64,000 nucleotides of DNA from Squalus acanthias (Eukaryota): positions 3,286,001-3,350,000 of the forward strand of contig JASTWF010000035.1 in NCBI GenBank assembly GCA_030390025.1, given 5' to 3'. The notes under the pieces were generated by a model. It did not search any database, was not told the origin of the DNA, and worked only from the letters and a program-made list of their open reading frames with translations. Positions 26,401-39,280 of this stretch are shown piece by piece (the first letter of the stretch is position 1; each line of letters begins with the position of its first letter). Made by a program: the position numbers and the translations under genes.

Positions 26401-29038
26401 GCTTTGGTAATAATTTTCCAAAACTCCCTGAACTCAGCAAAGGTCCCGGCAGATTGGAAAACTGCTAATGTAACACCCTTATTTAAAAAGGGTAGTAGGC
26501 AGAAGGCTGGAAATTATAGACCAGTTAGCCTAACATCTGTGGTGGGTAAAATTTTGGAGTCTATTATTAAGGAGACAGTAATGGAACATTTAGATAAACA
26601 TAATTTAATAGGACAAAGTCAGCATGGCTTTATGAAGGGGAAGTCATGTCTGACAAATTTGCTCGAGTTCTTTGAGGACATAACGTACAGGGTGGATAAA
26701 GGGGAACCAGTGGATGTAGTGTATTTAGACTTCCAGAAGGCATTCGACAAGGTGCCACATAAAAGATTATTACTCAAGATAAAAAATCACTGGATTGGGG
26801 GTAATATTCTGGCATGGGTGGAGGATTGGTTATCTAACAGGAAGCAGAGAGTTGGGATAAATGGTTCATTCTTGGACTGGCAACCAGTGGCCAGTGGTGT
26901 TCCGCAGGGGTCGGTGCTGGGTCCCCAACTCTTTACAATCTATATTAACGATTTGGAGGAGGGGACCGAGTGTAACATATCAAAGTTTGCAGATGATACA
27001 AAGATGGGAGGGAAAGTAGAGAGCGAAGAGGTCATAAAAAACCTACAAGGGGATATAGACAGGCTGGGTGAGTGGGCAGAGATTTGGCAGATGCAATACA
27101 ATATTGGAAAATGTGAGGTTATGCACTTTGGCAGGAAAAATCAGAGAGCAAGTTATTATCTTAATGGCGAGAAACTGGAAAGTACTGCAGTTCAAAGGGA
27201 TCTGGGGGTCTTGGTGCAAGAAAATCAAAAAGTTAGTATGCAGGTGCAGCAGGTGATAAAGAAAGCCAATGGAATGTTGGCTTTTATTGCTAGGGGGATA
27301 GAATATAAAAACAGGGCGGTATTGCTGCAGTTGTATAGGGTATTGGTGAGACAGCACCTGGAATACTGCATACAGTTTTGGTGTCCATACTTAAGAAAGA
27401 CATACTTGCTCTCGAGGCAGTACAAAGAAGGTTCACTCGGTTAATTCCGGTGGACATACGAGGAGAGGTTGAGTAGATTGGGACTCTACTCATTGGGGTT
27501 CAGAAGAATGAGAGGCGATCTTATTGAAACATATAAGATTGTGAAGGGGCTTGATCGGGTGGACGCGGTGAGGATGTTCCCAATGATGGGTGAAACTAGA
27601 ACTAGGGGACATAATCTTAGAATAAGGGGCTCCTCTTTCAAAACTGAGATGAGGAGAAACTTTTTCACTCAGAGGGTAGTGGGTCTGTGGAATTTGCTAC
27701 CCCAGGAAGCTGTGGAAGCTACTTCATTAAATAAATTTAAAACAGAAATAGACCGTTTCCTGGAAGTAAAGGGTATCAGGGGTTACGGGGAGCGGGCTGG
27801 AAATTGGACATGAGTTTGAGTTCGGATCGGTCAAGGCCCTGTGGGTGGCGGAGCGGGCCCAGGGGCCGAGTGGCCTGGTCCTGCTCCTGCTTCTTGTGTT
27901 CTTTAGAGTTGAGGTTGGATCAGATCAGCCATGATCTCATTAAATGGCGGAGCAGGCTCGAGGGGCCGATTGGTCTACTCCTGCTCCTATTTCTTATGTT
28001 CTTATGTCAACCAGTTCTCTATCCAAATCAGTACCTCACCCCAATCCCATGTGCTTTAACGCTGCATGCTAATCTCTTATGCGGGACCTTATCGAAAGCC
28101 TTCTGAAAGTCCAAATACACCACATCCACTGGTTCTGCCTTATCTATTCTACCAGTTACATCCTCAAAAGATTCCAGTAGATTAGTTAGGCATGATTTAC
28201 CTTTTGTAAATCCATGTTGACTTTGTCCGATCCTGTCACTGTTTTCCAAGTGCTCTGCTATTACATCTTTTATAATCGACTCTAGCATTTTGCCCACTAC
28301 CGATGTCAGGCTTACCGGTCTATAATTCCCCATTTTTTCTCTACCACCTTTTTTAAATAGTGGGGTTACATTAGCTACCCTCCAATCCATGGGAACTCTT
28401 CCAGAGTCTATAGAATTTTGAAAGATGACCAGCAATGCATCTACTATTTCTAGGGCCACTTCCTCAAGTACCCTCGGATGTAGATTATCAGGCCCTGGGG
28501 ATTTATCGGCCTTCAATCCCGTCAATTTCCCTAACACCATTTCCCTACAAATAATGATTTCATTCAATTTCTCCCTCTCATTCGACCCTATGTTCCCCGA
28601 CATCTCTGGGAGGTTATTTGTGTCCTCCTTTGTGAAGACAGAACCAAAGTATGTATTTAATTGGTCTGCCATTTCTTTGTTCCCCATTATAAATTCCCCT
28701 GATTCTGACTGCAAGGGACCTACGCTTGACATCACCAATCTTTTTCTCTTCACATATCTATAGAAGCTTTTACAGTCAGTTTTTATGTTCCCTGCAAGCT
28801 TACTCTCATATTCTATTTTCCCCCTCTTAATTAATCCCTTTGTCCTCCTTTGCTGAATCCTAAACTGCTCTCAATCCTCAGGTTTGCTGCTTTTTCTGGC
28901 CAATTTATATGTCCTCTCCTTGGATCTTATGCTATCCCTAATTTCCCTTGTTAGCCACGGTTGAGTCACCTTTTTTGTTTTATTTTTATACCAAACAGGG
29001 ATGAACAAATTCTGTAGTTCATCCATGCAATCTTTAGG
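23477..29038 (-). mobile_element. CR1 (family B) split by a family C insertion (23477-24562 plus 28005-29038)
   Basis: The RT is collinear across the insertion. TSD GCCCAT lies at 23471-23476 and 29039-29044. Confidence 0.88.
24563..28004 (+). mobile_element. CR1 (family C): ORF1 end, ORF2 (24886 to about 27813, late frameshift), duplicated 3' UTR
   Basis: The EN-RT ORF is 852 aa, with a 1-nt deletion near 27397 relative to the sister copy. TSD TGTCAAC lies at 24556-24562 and 28005-28011. Confidence 0.94.
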
Positions 29039-30362
29039 GCCCATGAGCCCTAATCTTGTGTAATAAAGTTTTATGTGGCACCTTATCGAATGCCTTTTGG
29101 AAATCCAAATATACTACATCCACTGGTTCCCCTTTATCTACCCTGCTAGTTACATCCTCAAAAAACTCTAATAAATTTGTCAAACACGATTTCCCTTTCA
29201 TAAAACCATGTTGACTCTGCCTAATCATGTTATGATTTTCTAAGTGCCCTGATACCACTTCCTTAATAATGGATTCCAGCATTTTTCAATGACTGATGTC
29301 AGGCTAATTGGCCTGTAGTTCCCTGTTTTTTCTCTCCCTCCTTTCTTGAATAGCGGTGTTACATTTGCGACCTTCCAATCCGCTGGGACCATTCTAGAAT
29401 CTAGAAAATTTTGGAAGATTAAAACCAATGCATCCAATATCTCTTCCACCACCTGTTTTAGAACCCTAGGATGTAGGCCATCAGGTCCAAGGGATTTGTC
29501 GGCTTTTAGTCCCATTAGTTTCTCTAGTACTTTTCTACTTATTAATTACGTTAAGTTCCTCACCCTTATTGGACCCTTGGTTCCCCAGTATTTTTGGTAT
29601 GCTTTTTGTGTCTTCTACTGTGAAGACAGATACAAAATATTTGTTTAATGTTTCTGCCACTTCATTATTCCCCATAATAATTTCTCCTGTCTCAGCCATT
29701 AAGGGACCAACGTTTACTTTTGCTACTCTCTTCCTTTTTACATACTTGTAGAAGCTCTTACAATCTGCTTTTATATTTCTTGCTAGTTTTCTCTCATATT
29801 CTATTTTTTCCCCTTTTTATCAATTTTTTGGTCAACCTTTGCTAGTTTCTGAAACTCTGCCAGTCCTCAGGCTTACTATTATTCTTTGCAACATTATAAG
29901 CTTCTTCTTTCAATCTAATGCTATCCTTAACTTCTTTAGTTAGCCACAGTTGGATCACTTTTCCCATGGAGTTTTTGTTTCTCAATGGAATGTATTTTTG
30001 TTGAGAATTATGAAATATTTCTTTAAATGCTAGCCACTGCTTATCTACCGCCATACCTTTTAATCTATTTTTCCAATCTACCTTAGCCAGGACTGGAGAA
30101 TTTTAGCTTTAATGAAAGATTGGATCAGCTGGGGTTGTTTTCTTTGGAACAGAGGAGGCTGAGGGGAGACTTAATTGAGGTGAATAAAATTATTAGGGGC
30201 CTAGATAGAATGGATAGGAAGGACCTATAGTTTCTGGAGTTTAGAAGAATGAGAGGTGATCTCATTGAAACATAAAAGATTCTGAGGGGGATTCACAGGC
30301 TAGATCTCGAGAGGTTGTTTCCCTTGGCTGGATGGTCGAGAACTAGGGGGCATAGTCTCAGG

Positions 30363-33300
30363 AGGGTTTCAGTTATGTGGATAATTGGAGCACATTCTGG
30401 GGAAGGTGGGACCTGTACAAACAGGACAGTTTGCACCTGAACCAGAGGGGCACCAATATCCTGGGAGGGAAATTTGCTACGGCTCTTCGGGGGGGTTTAA
30501 ACTAATTTGTCAGGGGGATGGGAAAAAGGGCTGTAGTCCACGAGCCAGTGGTGAGTGTAGGGAGGTACTGAGGAGGGTATCAAGGTCGCAGGAATGTACC
30601 GGCAGACAGGAAGATGGCTTGAAGTGTGTCTACTTCAATGCAAGGAGCATCCGGAATAAGGTAGGAGAACTTGGAGCGTGGATTGGTACTTGGGACTACG
30701 ATGTGGTGGCCATTACGGAGACATGGTTAGAACAGGGACAGGAATGGTTGTTGGAAGTTCCGGGGTATAGATGTTTCAGTAAGAGTAGGGAAGTTGGTAA
30801 GAAAGGTGGAGGAGTAGCATTGTTAATCAAGGATAGTTTAACAGCGGCAGAAAGGCAGTTCGAGGGGGATCTGCCGTCTGAGGTAATATGGGCTGAAGTT
30901 AGAAATAGGAAAGGAGCGGTCACGTTGTTAGGAGTTTTCTACAGGCCCCCAAATAGTAATAGAGATGTGGAGGAAGAAATTGCAAAGCAGATTATGAATA
31001 GGTGTGGAGGTCACAGAGTAGTTGTCATGGGTGACTTCAACTTTCCAAATATTGATTGGAACCTTTATAGGTCAAACAGTTCGGATGGGATAGTTTTTGC
31101 ACAGTGTGTGCAGGAGGGTTTCCTGACACAATATGTGGATAGGCCGACAAGAGCTGGGGCCACGTTGGATTTGGTACTGGGTAATGAACCGGGCCAAGTG
31201 TTTGATTTGTATGTGGGAGAGCACTTTGGAGATAGTGACCACAATTCGGTAACGTTCACTATTGCAATGGAGAGGGATAGGGCCATACGGCAGGGCAGGG
31301 TTTATAATTGGGGGAGGGGTAATTATGATGCGATTAGGCAAGAATTAGGGAGTATAAGATGGGAACAGAAACTATCAGGGAAAGGCACAAACGAAAAGTG
31401 GAGCTTTTTCATGGAGCAATTACTGCGTGTCCTTGATAGGTATGTCCCTGTCAGGCAGGGAGGAAATGGCCGAGTGAGAGAACCATGGTTCACAAAAGAG
31501 CTTGAATGTCTAGTCAAGAGGAAAAAGGAAGCGTATGTAAGGATGAGAAAACAAGGTTCAGTTGGGTCGATTGAGGGGTACAAGGTAGCAAGGAATGAGC
31601 TAAAAAAAGAGCTTAGGAGAGCTAGGAGGGGGCATGAGAAGTCCTTGGCGGGTCGGATCAAGAAAAACCCCAAGGCCTTTTACTCTTATGTGAGAAATAA
31701 AAGAATGACCAGGGTGAGGGTAGGGCCGGTCAAGGACAGTAGTGGGAACTTGTGCATGGAGTCAGAAGAGATAGGAGAGGTGATGAATGAATACTTTTCG
31801 TCAGTGTTCACCGAGGAGAGGGGCCATGTTCTTGAGGATGAGAGTGTGATAAAGGTGGATAGGCTGGAGGTGGTAGATGTTCTGAGGGAAGATGTTTTAG
31901 CAATTTTGAAGAACCTGAGGGTCGATAAGTCCCCTGGGCCAGATGGGATATATCCTAGGATTCTTTGGGAGGCAAGGGAGGAGATTGCAGAGCCTCTGGC
32001 TTTGATCTTTGGGTCCTCACTGTCCACGGGAATGGTGCCAGAGGACTGGAGAGTGGCGAATGTTGTTCCTCTCTTCAAGAAAGGAAATAGGAATGACCCT
32101 GGTAATTATAGGCCGGTTAGTCTTACTTCGGTGGTTGGTAAGATAATGGAAAAGGTCCTGAGGGATAGGATTTATGACCATTTGGAAAGGGGCAACTTAA
32201 TCAGGGATAGTCAACACGGATTCGTGAAGGGTAAGTCTTGCCTAACAAATTTGATTGAATTCTTTGAGGAGGTAACTAAGTGTGTAGATGAAGGTAGAGC
32301 AGTTGATGTCGTATACATGGATTTTAGTAAGGCGTTTGATAAGGTTCCCCATGGTCGGCTCATGAAGAAAGTAAGGAGTTGTGGGATAGAGGGAAATTTG
32401 GCCGATTGGATAAGTAACTGGCTATCTCATAGGGCAGAGGGTGGTGGTGGATGGAACATTTTCGGACTGGAGACCAGTTACCAGCGGTGTGCCACAGGGG
32501 TCGGTGCTGGGTCCTCTGCTGTTTGTGATTTTTATCAATGACTTGGAGGAGGGGACTGAAGGGTGGATCAGTAAATTTGCTGATGACACCAAGATTGGTG
32601 GAGCAGTGGATGAGGTGGAGGGCTGTTGTCGGCTGCAAAGAGACATTGATAGGATGCAGAGCTGGGCCGAAAAATGGCAGATGGAATTTAACCCTGATAA
32701 GTGCGAGGTGATTCATTTTGGTAGGGCAAATTTGAATAAGGATTACAGGGTCAACGGCAGGGTTCTGAGGAACGTGGAGGAGCAGAGGGATCTGGGGGTT
32801 CATATCCACAGATCTCTGAAGGTTGCCACTCAAGTGGATAGAGCAGTAAAGAAGGCCTATGGTGTGTTGGCGTTTATTAACAGAGGGTTTGAGTTTAAGA
32901 ACCGTGAGGTTATGCTGCAACTGTACAGGACCTTGGTGAGACCACATTTGGAATATTGTGTGCAGTTCTGGTCACCTCACTATAGGAAGGACGTGGAAGC
33001 ATTGGAAAGAGTGCAAAGGAGATTTACCAGGATGCTGCCTGGTTTGGGGGGGAGGTCTTATGAGGAAAGATTGAGGGAGTTGGGGCTTTTCTCTTTAGAG
33101 CGGAGGAGGATGAGAGGCGACTTAATAGAGGTTTATAAGATGATGAGGGGGATAGATAGAGTGGATGTTCAGAGACTATTTCCTCGGGTAGAGGCAGCTG
33201 TTACAAGGGGGCATAACTATAAGGTGCATGGGGGGAGATATAGAAGGGATGTCCGAGGTAGATTCTTTACTCAGAGAGTGGTTGGGGTGTGGAATGGACT

Positions 33301-33490
33301 GCCTGCTGTGATAGTGGAGTCGGACACTTTAGGAACTTTCAAGCGGTTATTGGATAAGCACATGGAGCACACCAGAGTGATAGGGAGTGTGATAGCTTGA
33401 TCTTGGTCTCGGACAATGCTCGGCACAACATCGAGGGCCGAAGGGCCTGTACTGTGCTGTACTGTTCTATGTTCTATGTTCTATGTTCTA
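30363..33490 (+). mobile_element. Young CR1 (family E): ORF1 end plus ORF2 with a single 2-nt deletion at about 32432
   Basis: ORF1 ends ...DSLHL...GGLN*. ORFs are 30385-32541 and 32441-33400, with a (TTCTATG)n tail. It interrupts an older CR1 3' end. Confidence 0.93.
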
Positions 33491-33794
33491 TAAAGGGTTG
33501 GCCATTTAAGACTGAGATGAGGAATTTCTTCACTCAGACGGTTGTGAATCTTTGGCATTCTCTACCCTAAATGGCTGTGGATGCCGAGTCGTTGAGCATA
33601 TTCAAGGCTGAGATCGATAGATTTTTGGACTCTAGCGGAATCAAGGGATATGGGGATTGGGCGGGAAAGTGGAGTTGAGGTGGAAGATCAGCCATGATCT
33701 TATTGAATAACGGAGCAGGCTTGACGAGCCGTATGGCCTACTCCTGCTCCTAATTCTTATGTTCTTATGACTTAATTCCCTTAGCAGAGAGGTC

Positions 33795-34188
33795 GGGAAC
33801 GGTAGCATAGTGCTTATGTTACTGGACTAGTAATTCAGAGGCCTGGACGAATGATCCGCGAGACACAAGTTCAAATCCCACCACGGCAGCTGGGGAATTT
33901 AAATGCAGTTAACTAAATAAATCTGGAATAAAAAGCTAGTATCAGTAAAGGTGACCATGAAACCACTGGATTGTTGTAAAAACCCACCTGGTTCACTAAT
34001 GTCCTTCAGGGAAGGAAATCTGCCGTCCTTACCCGGTCTGGCCTATATGTGACTCTAGACCCGCAGCAATGTGGTTGATTCTTAACTGCCCTCTGAAATG
34101 GCCGAGCGAGTCACTCAGTTGTATAGGGATGGGCAATAAATGTTGGGCTTGCCAGCGACGCCCACATCCCGTGAATGAATAAAACAAA
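33795..34188 (+). mobile_element. tRNA-derived SINE sharing its 3' tail with LINE family F
   Basis: It has an A-box-like TAGCATAGTGC and a B-box GTTCAAATCC. The tail tagggatgggcaataaatg...gccagcgacgcccacatcc matches the reverse complement of about 16644-16689. Confidence 0.8.
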
Positions 34189-34674
34189 AATAACCAGGGG
34201 GCATAGATTTAAAGTAATTGGTAGAAGGTTTAGAGGGGATTTGAGGATAACCATTTCCACCCAGAGGGTGATAGGGTCTGGAACTCATTACCTGAAAGAG
34301 TGGTGAGGCAGAAACCCTCATCATATTTAAAAAGTGCTTGGATATGCACTTGAGGTGCCATGACCTACAAGGCTATGGACCAAGTGTTGGAACGTGGGAT
34401 TAGGCGGGATAGCTCTTTTTCGGACAGCACTGACACAATGGGATGAATGACCACCTTCTGTGCTGTAATTTCTATGATTCTAGAGAGTGAGAATTGAGAG
34501 ATGGATCTAAAGATTGAGAAATGGTGAAAGAAACAGGGAGAATGAAGCAGATAGAGGGAGGGATTGAGAGAGACACGATACAGATAGAGCGCTAGACAGA
34601 GAAAATTAGAAATGAAGATGGTGAGAGAGACAGAGATAAGGTATAAATGTAATAGAGAGAAATACTACACATAC

Positions 34675-34769
34675 CATTTCCTATGATACTGAGGCTCTGT
34701 GTCCGGAAACTATCATGGATTGCTGCGAGAGAGAGGCTGGTATGAGCCAAGAGATGATATTTTGGACCC
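34675..34769 (-). CDS. RTKN: Rhotekin exon (95 nt), GPKYHLLAHTSLSLAAIHDSFRTQSLSIIGN
   Basis: Splice sites are attacag|G...G|gtatgt. It matches rhotekin GPRYHLLAHTTLTLAAV and joins the 225-nt exon in frame (GC+G = A). Confidence 0.92.
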
Positions 34770-34899
34770 CTGTAATTGAACATAAATAATCAGAAACAAG
34801 CTCCAAGGAAAGGAAGTGTTTAAATATAACCCACCACTGCTTCCCCTGTACCACACACTTCGCACACACCCAGTGCCCCAATACCCAGAAATAGGCAAC

Positions 34900-36620
34900 A
34901 TACAAAGAACAATGGCATGGAGACTATTCAGCCCATCGTGCCTGTGCCGGCTCTTTGAAAGAGCTATCGAATTAGTCCAACTCCCCAGCCCTTTCCCCAT
35001 AGCCCTGCAAATTTTCCATTTCAAGTATTTATCCAATTCCTTTTTGAAAGTTACTATTGAATCTGCTTCTACCACCCGTTCAGGCAGAGCATTCTCCTCA
35101 GCTCTCCTCTGGTTCTTTAACCAATCACCTTAAATCTGTGTCCCCTGGTTACAGACTCTCTTGCCACTGGACATCCAAAACCCTTCATGATTTTGAACAC
35201 CTCGATGAAATCTCCCCTTAGCAACCCAAGCTTTTCTAGTCTAAGAACATAAGAAATAGGAGCAGGATTAGGCCACTTGGCCCTTCGAGCCTGCTCCACC
35301 ATTCAATAAGATCATGGCTGATCTTCTACCTCATCTCCACTTTCCTGAACTATCCCCATATCCCTTGATTCCCTTAATATTCAAAAATCTATTGATCTCT
35401 GTCTTGAATATGCTCAATGACTGAACCTCTACAGCCCTCTGGGGTAGAGAATTCCAGAGATTCACCACCCTCTGAGCAAAGAAATTTCTCCTCATCTCAA
35501 TCCTAAATGGCCGAACCCTTATTCTGAGACTGTGGCCCCTGGTTCTAGTCTCCCCAGCCAGGGGAAACATCCTCCCTGCATCTACCCTGTCAAGCCCTGT
35601 AAGAATTTTGTACGTTTCAATGAGATTACCTCTCATTCTTCTAAACTCTAGAGAATATAGACCTAGTCTACTCAATCTCTCCTCATAGGACAATCCCCCC
35701 ATTCCAGGAACCAGTCTGGTTAACCTTCGTTGCACCCCCTCTATGGCAAGTATATCCTTCCTTAGGTAAGGAGACCAAAACTGTACACAATACTCCAGGT
35801 GTGGTCTCACCAGGGCCCTATATAATTGCAGTAAGACGTCTTTACTCTTAAACTCAAATCATCTTGTAATAAAGGCCAACATACCATTTGGTTTCCTAAT
35901 TGCATGTTAACTTTCAGTGATTTGTGTACAAGGACACCCAGGTCCCTCTGAACACCAACATTTCCCAATCTCTCAACATTTAAAAAAATACTCTGCTTTT
36001 CTAGTTTTCCTACCAAAGTGGATAACTTCACATTTCTCTACATTATATTCCATTTGCCATGTTCTTGCCACTCACTTAGCTATATCCCCTTGAAGCCTCC
36101 TTGCATCCTCCTCACAACTTACATTCCCACCCAGCTTTGTATCATCAGCAAATTTGGCTATATTACATTTGGTCCCCTCATCCAAATCATTGATGTAGAT
36201 TGTGAATAGCTGAGGCCCAAGCACTGATCCTTGCGGTATCCCCAGTAGTTACAGCCTGCCAACCCAAAAATGACCTGTTTATTCCTACTCTCTGTTTTCT
36301 GTCTGTTAACCAATCCTCAATCCATGCTAGTATATTACCCCCAATCCCATGAGCCCCCTCCACATAACTGAAATTTCTTATCCCTGATACCATTCTGGTA
36401 AATCTCCTCTGTACCCTTGACATCCTTCCTAAAATGTGCTGCCCAGAATTCGACACAATACTCCAGCCGGGGCCTAACCAGTGTTTTGTAAAGGTTTAGC
36501 ATAACGTCCTTGCTTTTGTACTCTTTGCCTCTCTTAATAAAGCCAAGGATCCCGTATGATTCTTTTTAAAGCATTATGAACTTGTCCTGCCACCTTCAAA
36601 GACTTGTGCACATATACCCC
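34900..36620 (-). mobile_element. Degenerate CR1 3' fragments
   Basis: [14 protein letters not shown]...VNLWNSLP ORF pieces and CR1 tails are present. Confidence 0.8.
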
Positions 36621-39280
36621 CATATGTCCCTAGTAAATGGGAGTGGGGTGGGGGGGGGGGGCGCTCAGGGGGAAATTGCAGTACAAAAAGTAGTTCAAAA
36701 ACAAAGAAAAGGGAAGAGAGTAGAGTAACAGTCACAAATTGTGCTTTGGGCACTACAGGTGAAGGAAAAACTAAAAGATGTAAAGCGATTAAATCAGGAG
36801 AGAGAAATAAGAAACATGTGAGTAAAACATTACAGCTGAAGGACAGGCTAGGGTGTGTGGCCCAAATAAGCGTTCTTTATACAAACGCATGGTGTATAAG
36901 GAGCAGATTGAAAGAACTGCAGGCACAAATTCAAATTGGAGGGTATGACATGGTAGCCATTACTGAGACATGGCTGCAAGACAGAACTGGGAACTAAATA
37001 TACCAGGTTATAAGGTCTACAGGAAAGATAGGGAAAATGGCAGAGGGGGAGGAGTAGCCTCAGTGATTAAGGATGAAATCACTTCAGTGATGAGAGGATT
37101 TAGTAAGCAGCCACTGGAGTGCTTCTGGGTTGAATTAAGAAATAGAAAAGGATCTAAGACTGTAGTGGGAGTTGTGTATAGGCCCCCTGGTAGCAGCTGT
37201 GAAGTGCTAGATTATATAAATGCAGAGATTCGACAAGCGTGTAGCAAAGGCAGTGTGGTTTTAATGGGGGATTTTAACTTTCATACAGATTGGGATAAGC
37301 AGACTAGCACCTGTCAGAAAGGTAGTGAATTTCTTGAGTGTGTCCAGGATAGTTTTCTACAACATTATGTCCTAGAGGCAACAAGGGGGTAAGCCATATT
37401 CAATTTCTTTACTTCTTTACCCAAGGAATGGTGAGAATGTGGAACTTGCTACCACAGGGAGTGGTTGAAGCGAATAGTATCGATGCATTTAAGTGGAGGC
37501 TGGACAAGCATATGACGGAAAAGGGAATAGAGGGTTATGCTGATATATTTAGATGAGGAAAGATGGGAGGAGGCTCGTGTGGAGCATAAACGCCGACATG
37601 GACTGGTTGGGCCAAATAGCCTGTTTCTGTGGCGTATATCCTATGTAATCCTATGTAATGTAGTAATGAGTAATGAGCCAGATTTAGTTAACAGCCTAAC
37701 TGTGTGTGAACATTTATCCAAAAGCGATCACAACATGATCAAGTTCAACGTAGCGTTTGAAAGGGAGAACCGCAAAACAGCTACTAGGATTCTAGATTTA
37801 GGTAAGGCCAACTTCAACGGGATGAGACAGAGACTGTCCATAGTAAAGTGGGCTAATCTGTTAATGGGTAAAACAACAGAAGATCAGTGGGAGATGTTTA
37901 AAAAAGAATTTAATGTGATACAGATCAGTTTATATCCCTGAGAAGCAAGAGCTCGACTTGCCAAAAAAACCCAGCCATGGACAACTAAAGAGATAAGGGA
38001 CAGCATAAAACTACAGGAAAGGGCATATAAAAATGCAAAAAATAGCACAGATCCTGGCGAATGGGAACGATACAAAGAAGAGCAAAGGGTCACAAAACAG
38101 ATAGTAAGAGCTACAAAAAGAGAGTATGAAAAGAAACTGGCAAGGGATATCAAAATCAACACAAAGAATTTTTACAGTTACATTAGGAGAAAGAGGGTAG
38201 TCAGGAGCAATGTTCGCTCCTTAAAAACTGAAAGCAGTGATATTGTCAATGACAATGGGGAATGGCGGACATGTTGAATAATTACTTTGCGTCAGTATTT
38301 ACAGTAGAAGAGGAGGATAGCATGCTGGAAATCCCAAGGAAACTAATACTGAATCAGGGACGGGGACTCAATAAAATTAACGTAAGCAAAATAAGAGTAA
38401 TGAAGAAAATAATGATACTAAAGAGTGACAAATCCCCAGGGCCAGATGGTTTCCATCCCAGGGTTTTAAAGGAAGTAGGTGAGAACATTGCAGATGCCCT
38501 AACTATAATCTTCCAAAGTTCACTAGATTCAGGAACCATCCCATTAGATTGGGAAATCGCACATGTCACTCCGCTTTTTAAGAATGGCGAGAGGGGGAAA
38601 CCAGGCTAACTGGTCTATAATTCCCTAACACCTGTTGTCAGGAAATTGCTAGAGTCTATAATTAAGGATAGGGTGGCTGAACACCTCGAAAATTTTCAGT
38701 TGATCAGAGAGAGTCAGCATGGATTTGTGAAAGGTAGGTCATGTCTGATGAACCTGACTGAATTTTTTGAAGAGGTGACTAAAGTAGTGAACAGGGGAAT
38801 GTCTATGGATGTTAGTTGTATGCACTTCCAGAAGGCATTTGATAAAGTCCCACATAACAGACTGTTATCGAAGGTAGAAGCCCACGGAATTGAGGGCAAG
38901 TTATTGACCTGGTTAGGAAATTGGCTGAATGGCAGGAGACAGGCAGTAGGGATAATGGGTAGGTACTCAAATTGGCAGGAGGCGACTACTGGTGTCCCAC
39001 AGGGATCTATGTGGGGCATCAACTATTCACAATATTTATTAATGACTTAGATGATGGCATAGAAAGTCATATATCCAACTTTGCCGATAACACAAAGATA
39101 GGCGGCATTGTAGGCAGTGTAGATGAAAGCATAAAATTACAAAGGGATATTGATAGATTAAGTGAATGGACAAAACTGTGGCAAATGGATTTCAATGTCA
39201 GCAAATGTGAGGTCATCCACTTTGGACCTAGAAAGGATAGAACAGGGTACTTTCTAAATGGTGAAAAGCTAAAAACAGTG

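Larger units (their letters stand above)
17495..30090 (-). mobile_element. Old CR1 split into pieces (about 17495-17837, 21144-21426, 22976-23476, 29039-30090)
   Basis: The sequence is collinear across each insertion, with TSDs CAAT, TCTTATACT and GCCCAT. Confidence 0.85.

Noticed and set aside
33800..33885. tRNA gene
   Set aside because: Only A and B boxes are present, no full cloverleaf is evident, and the sequence continues into a SINE body and LINE tail.
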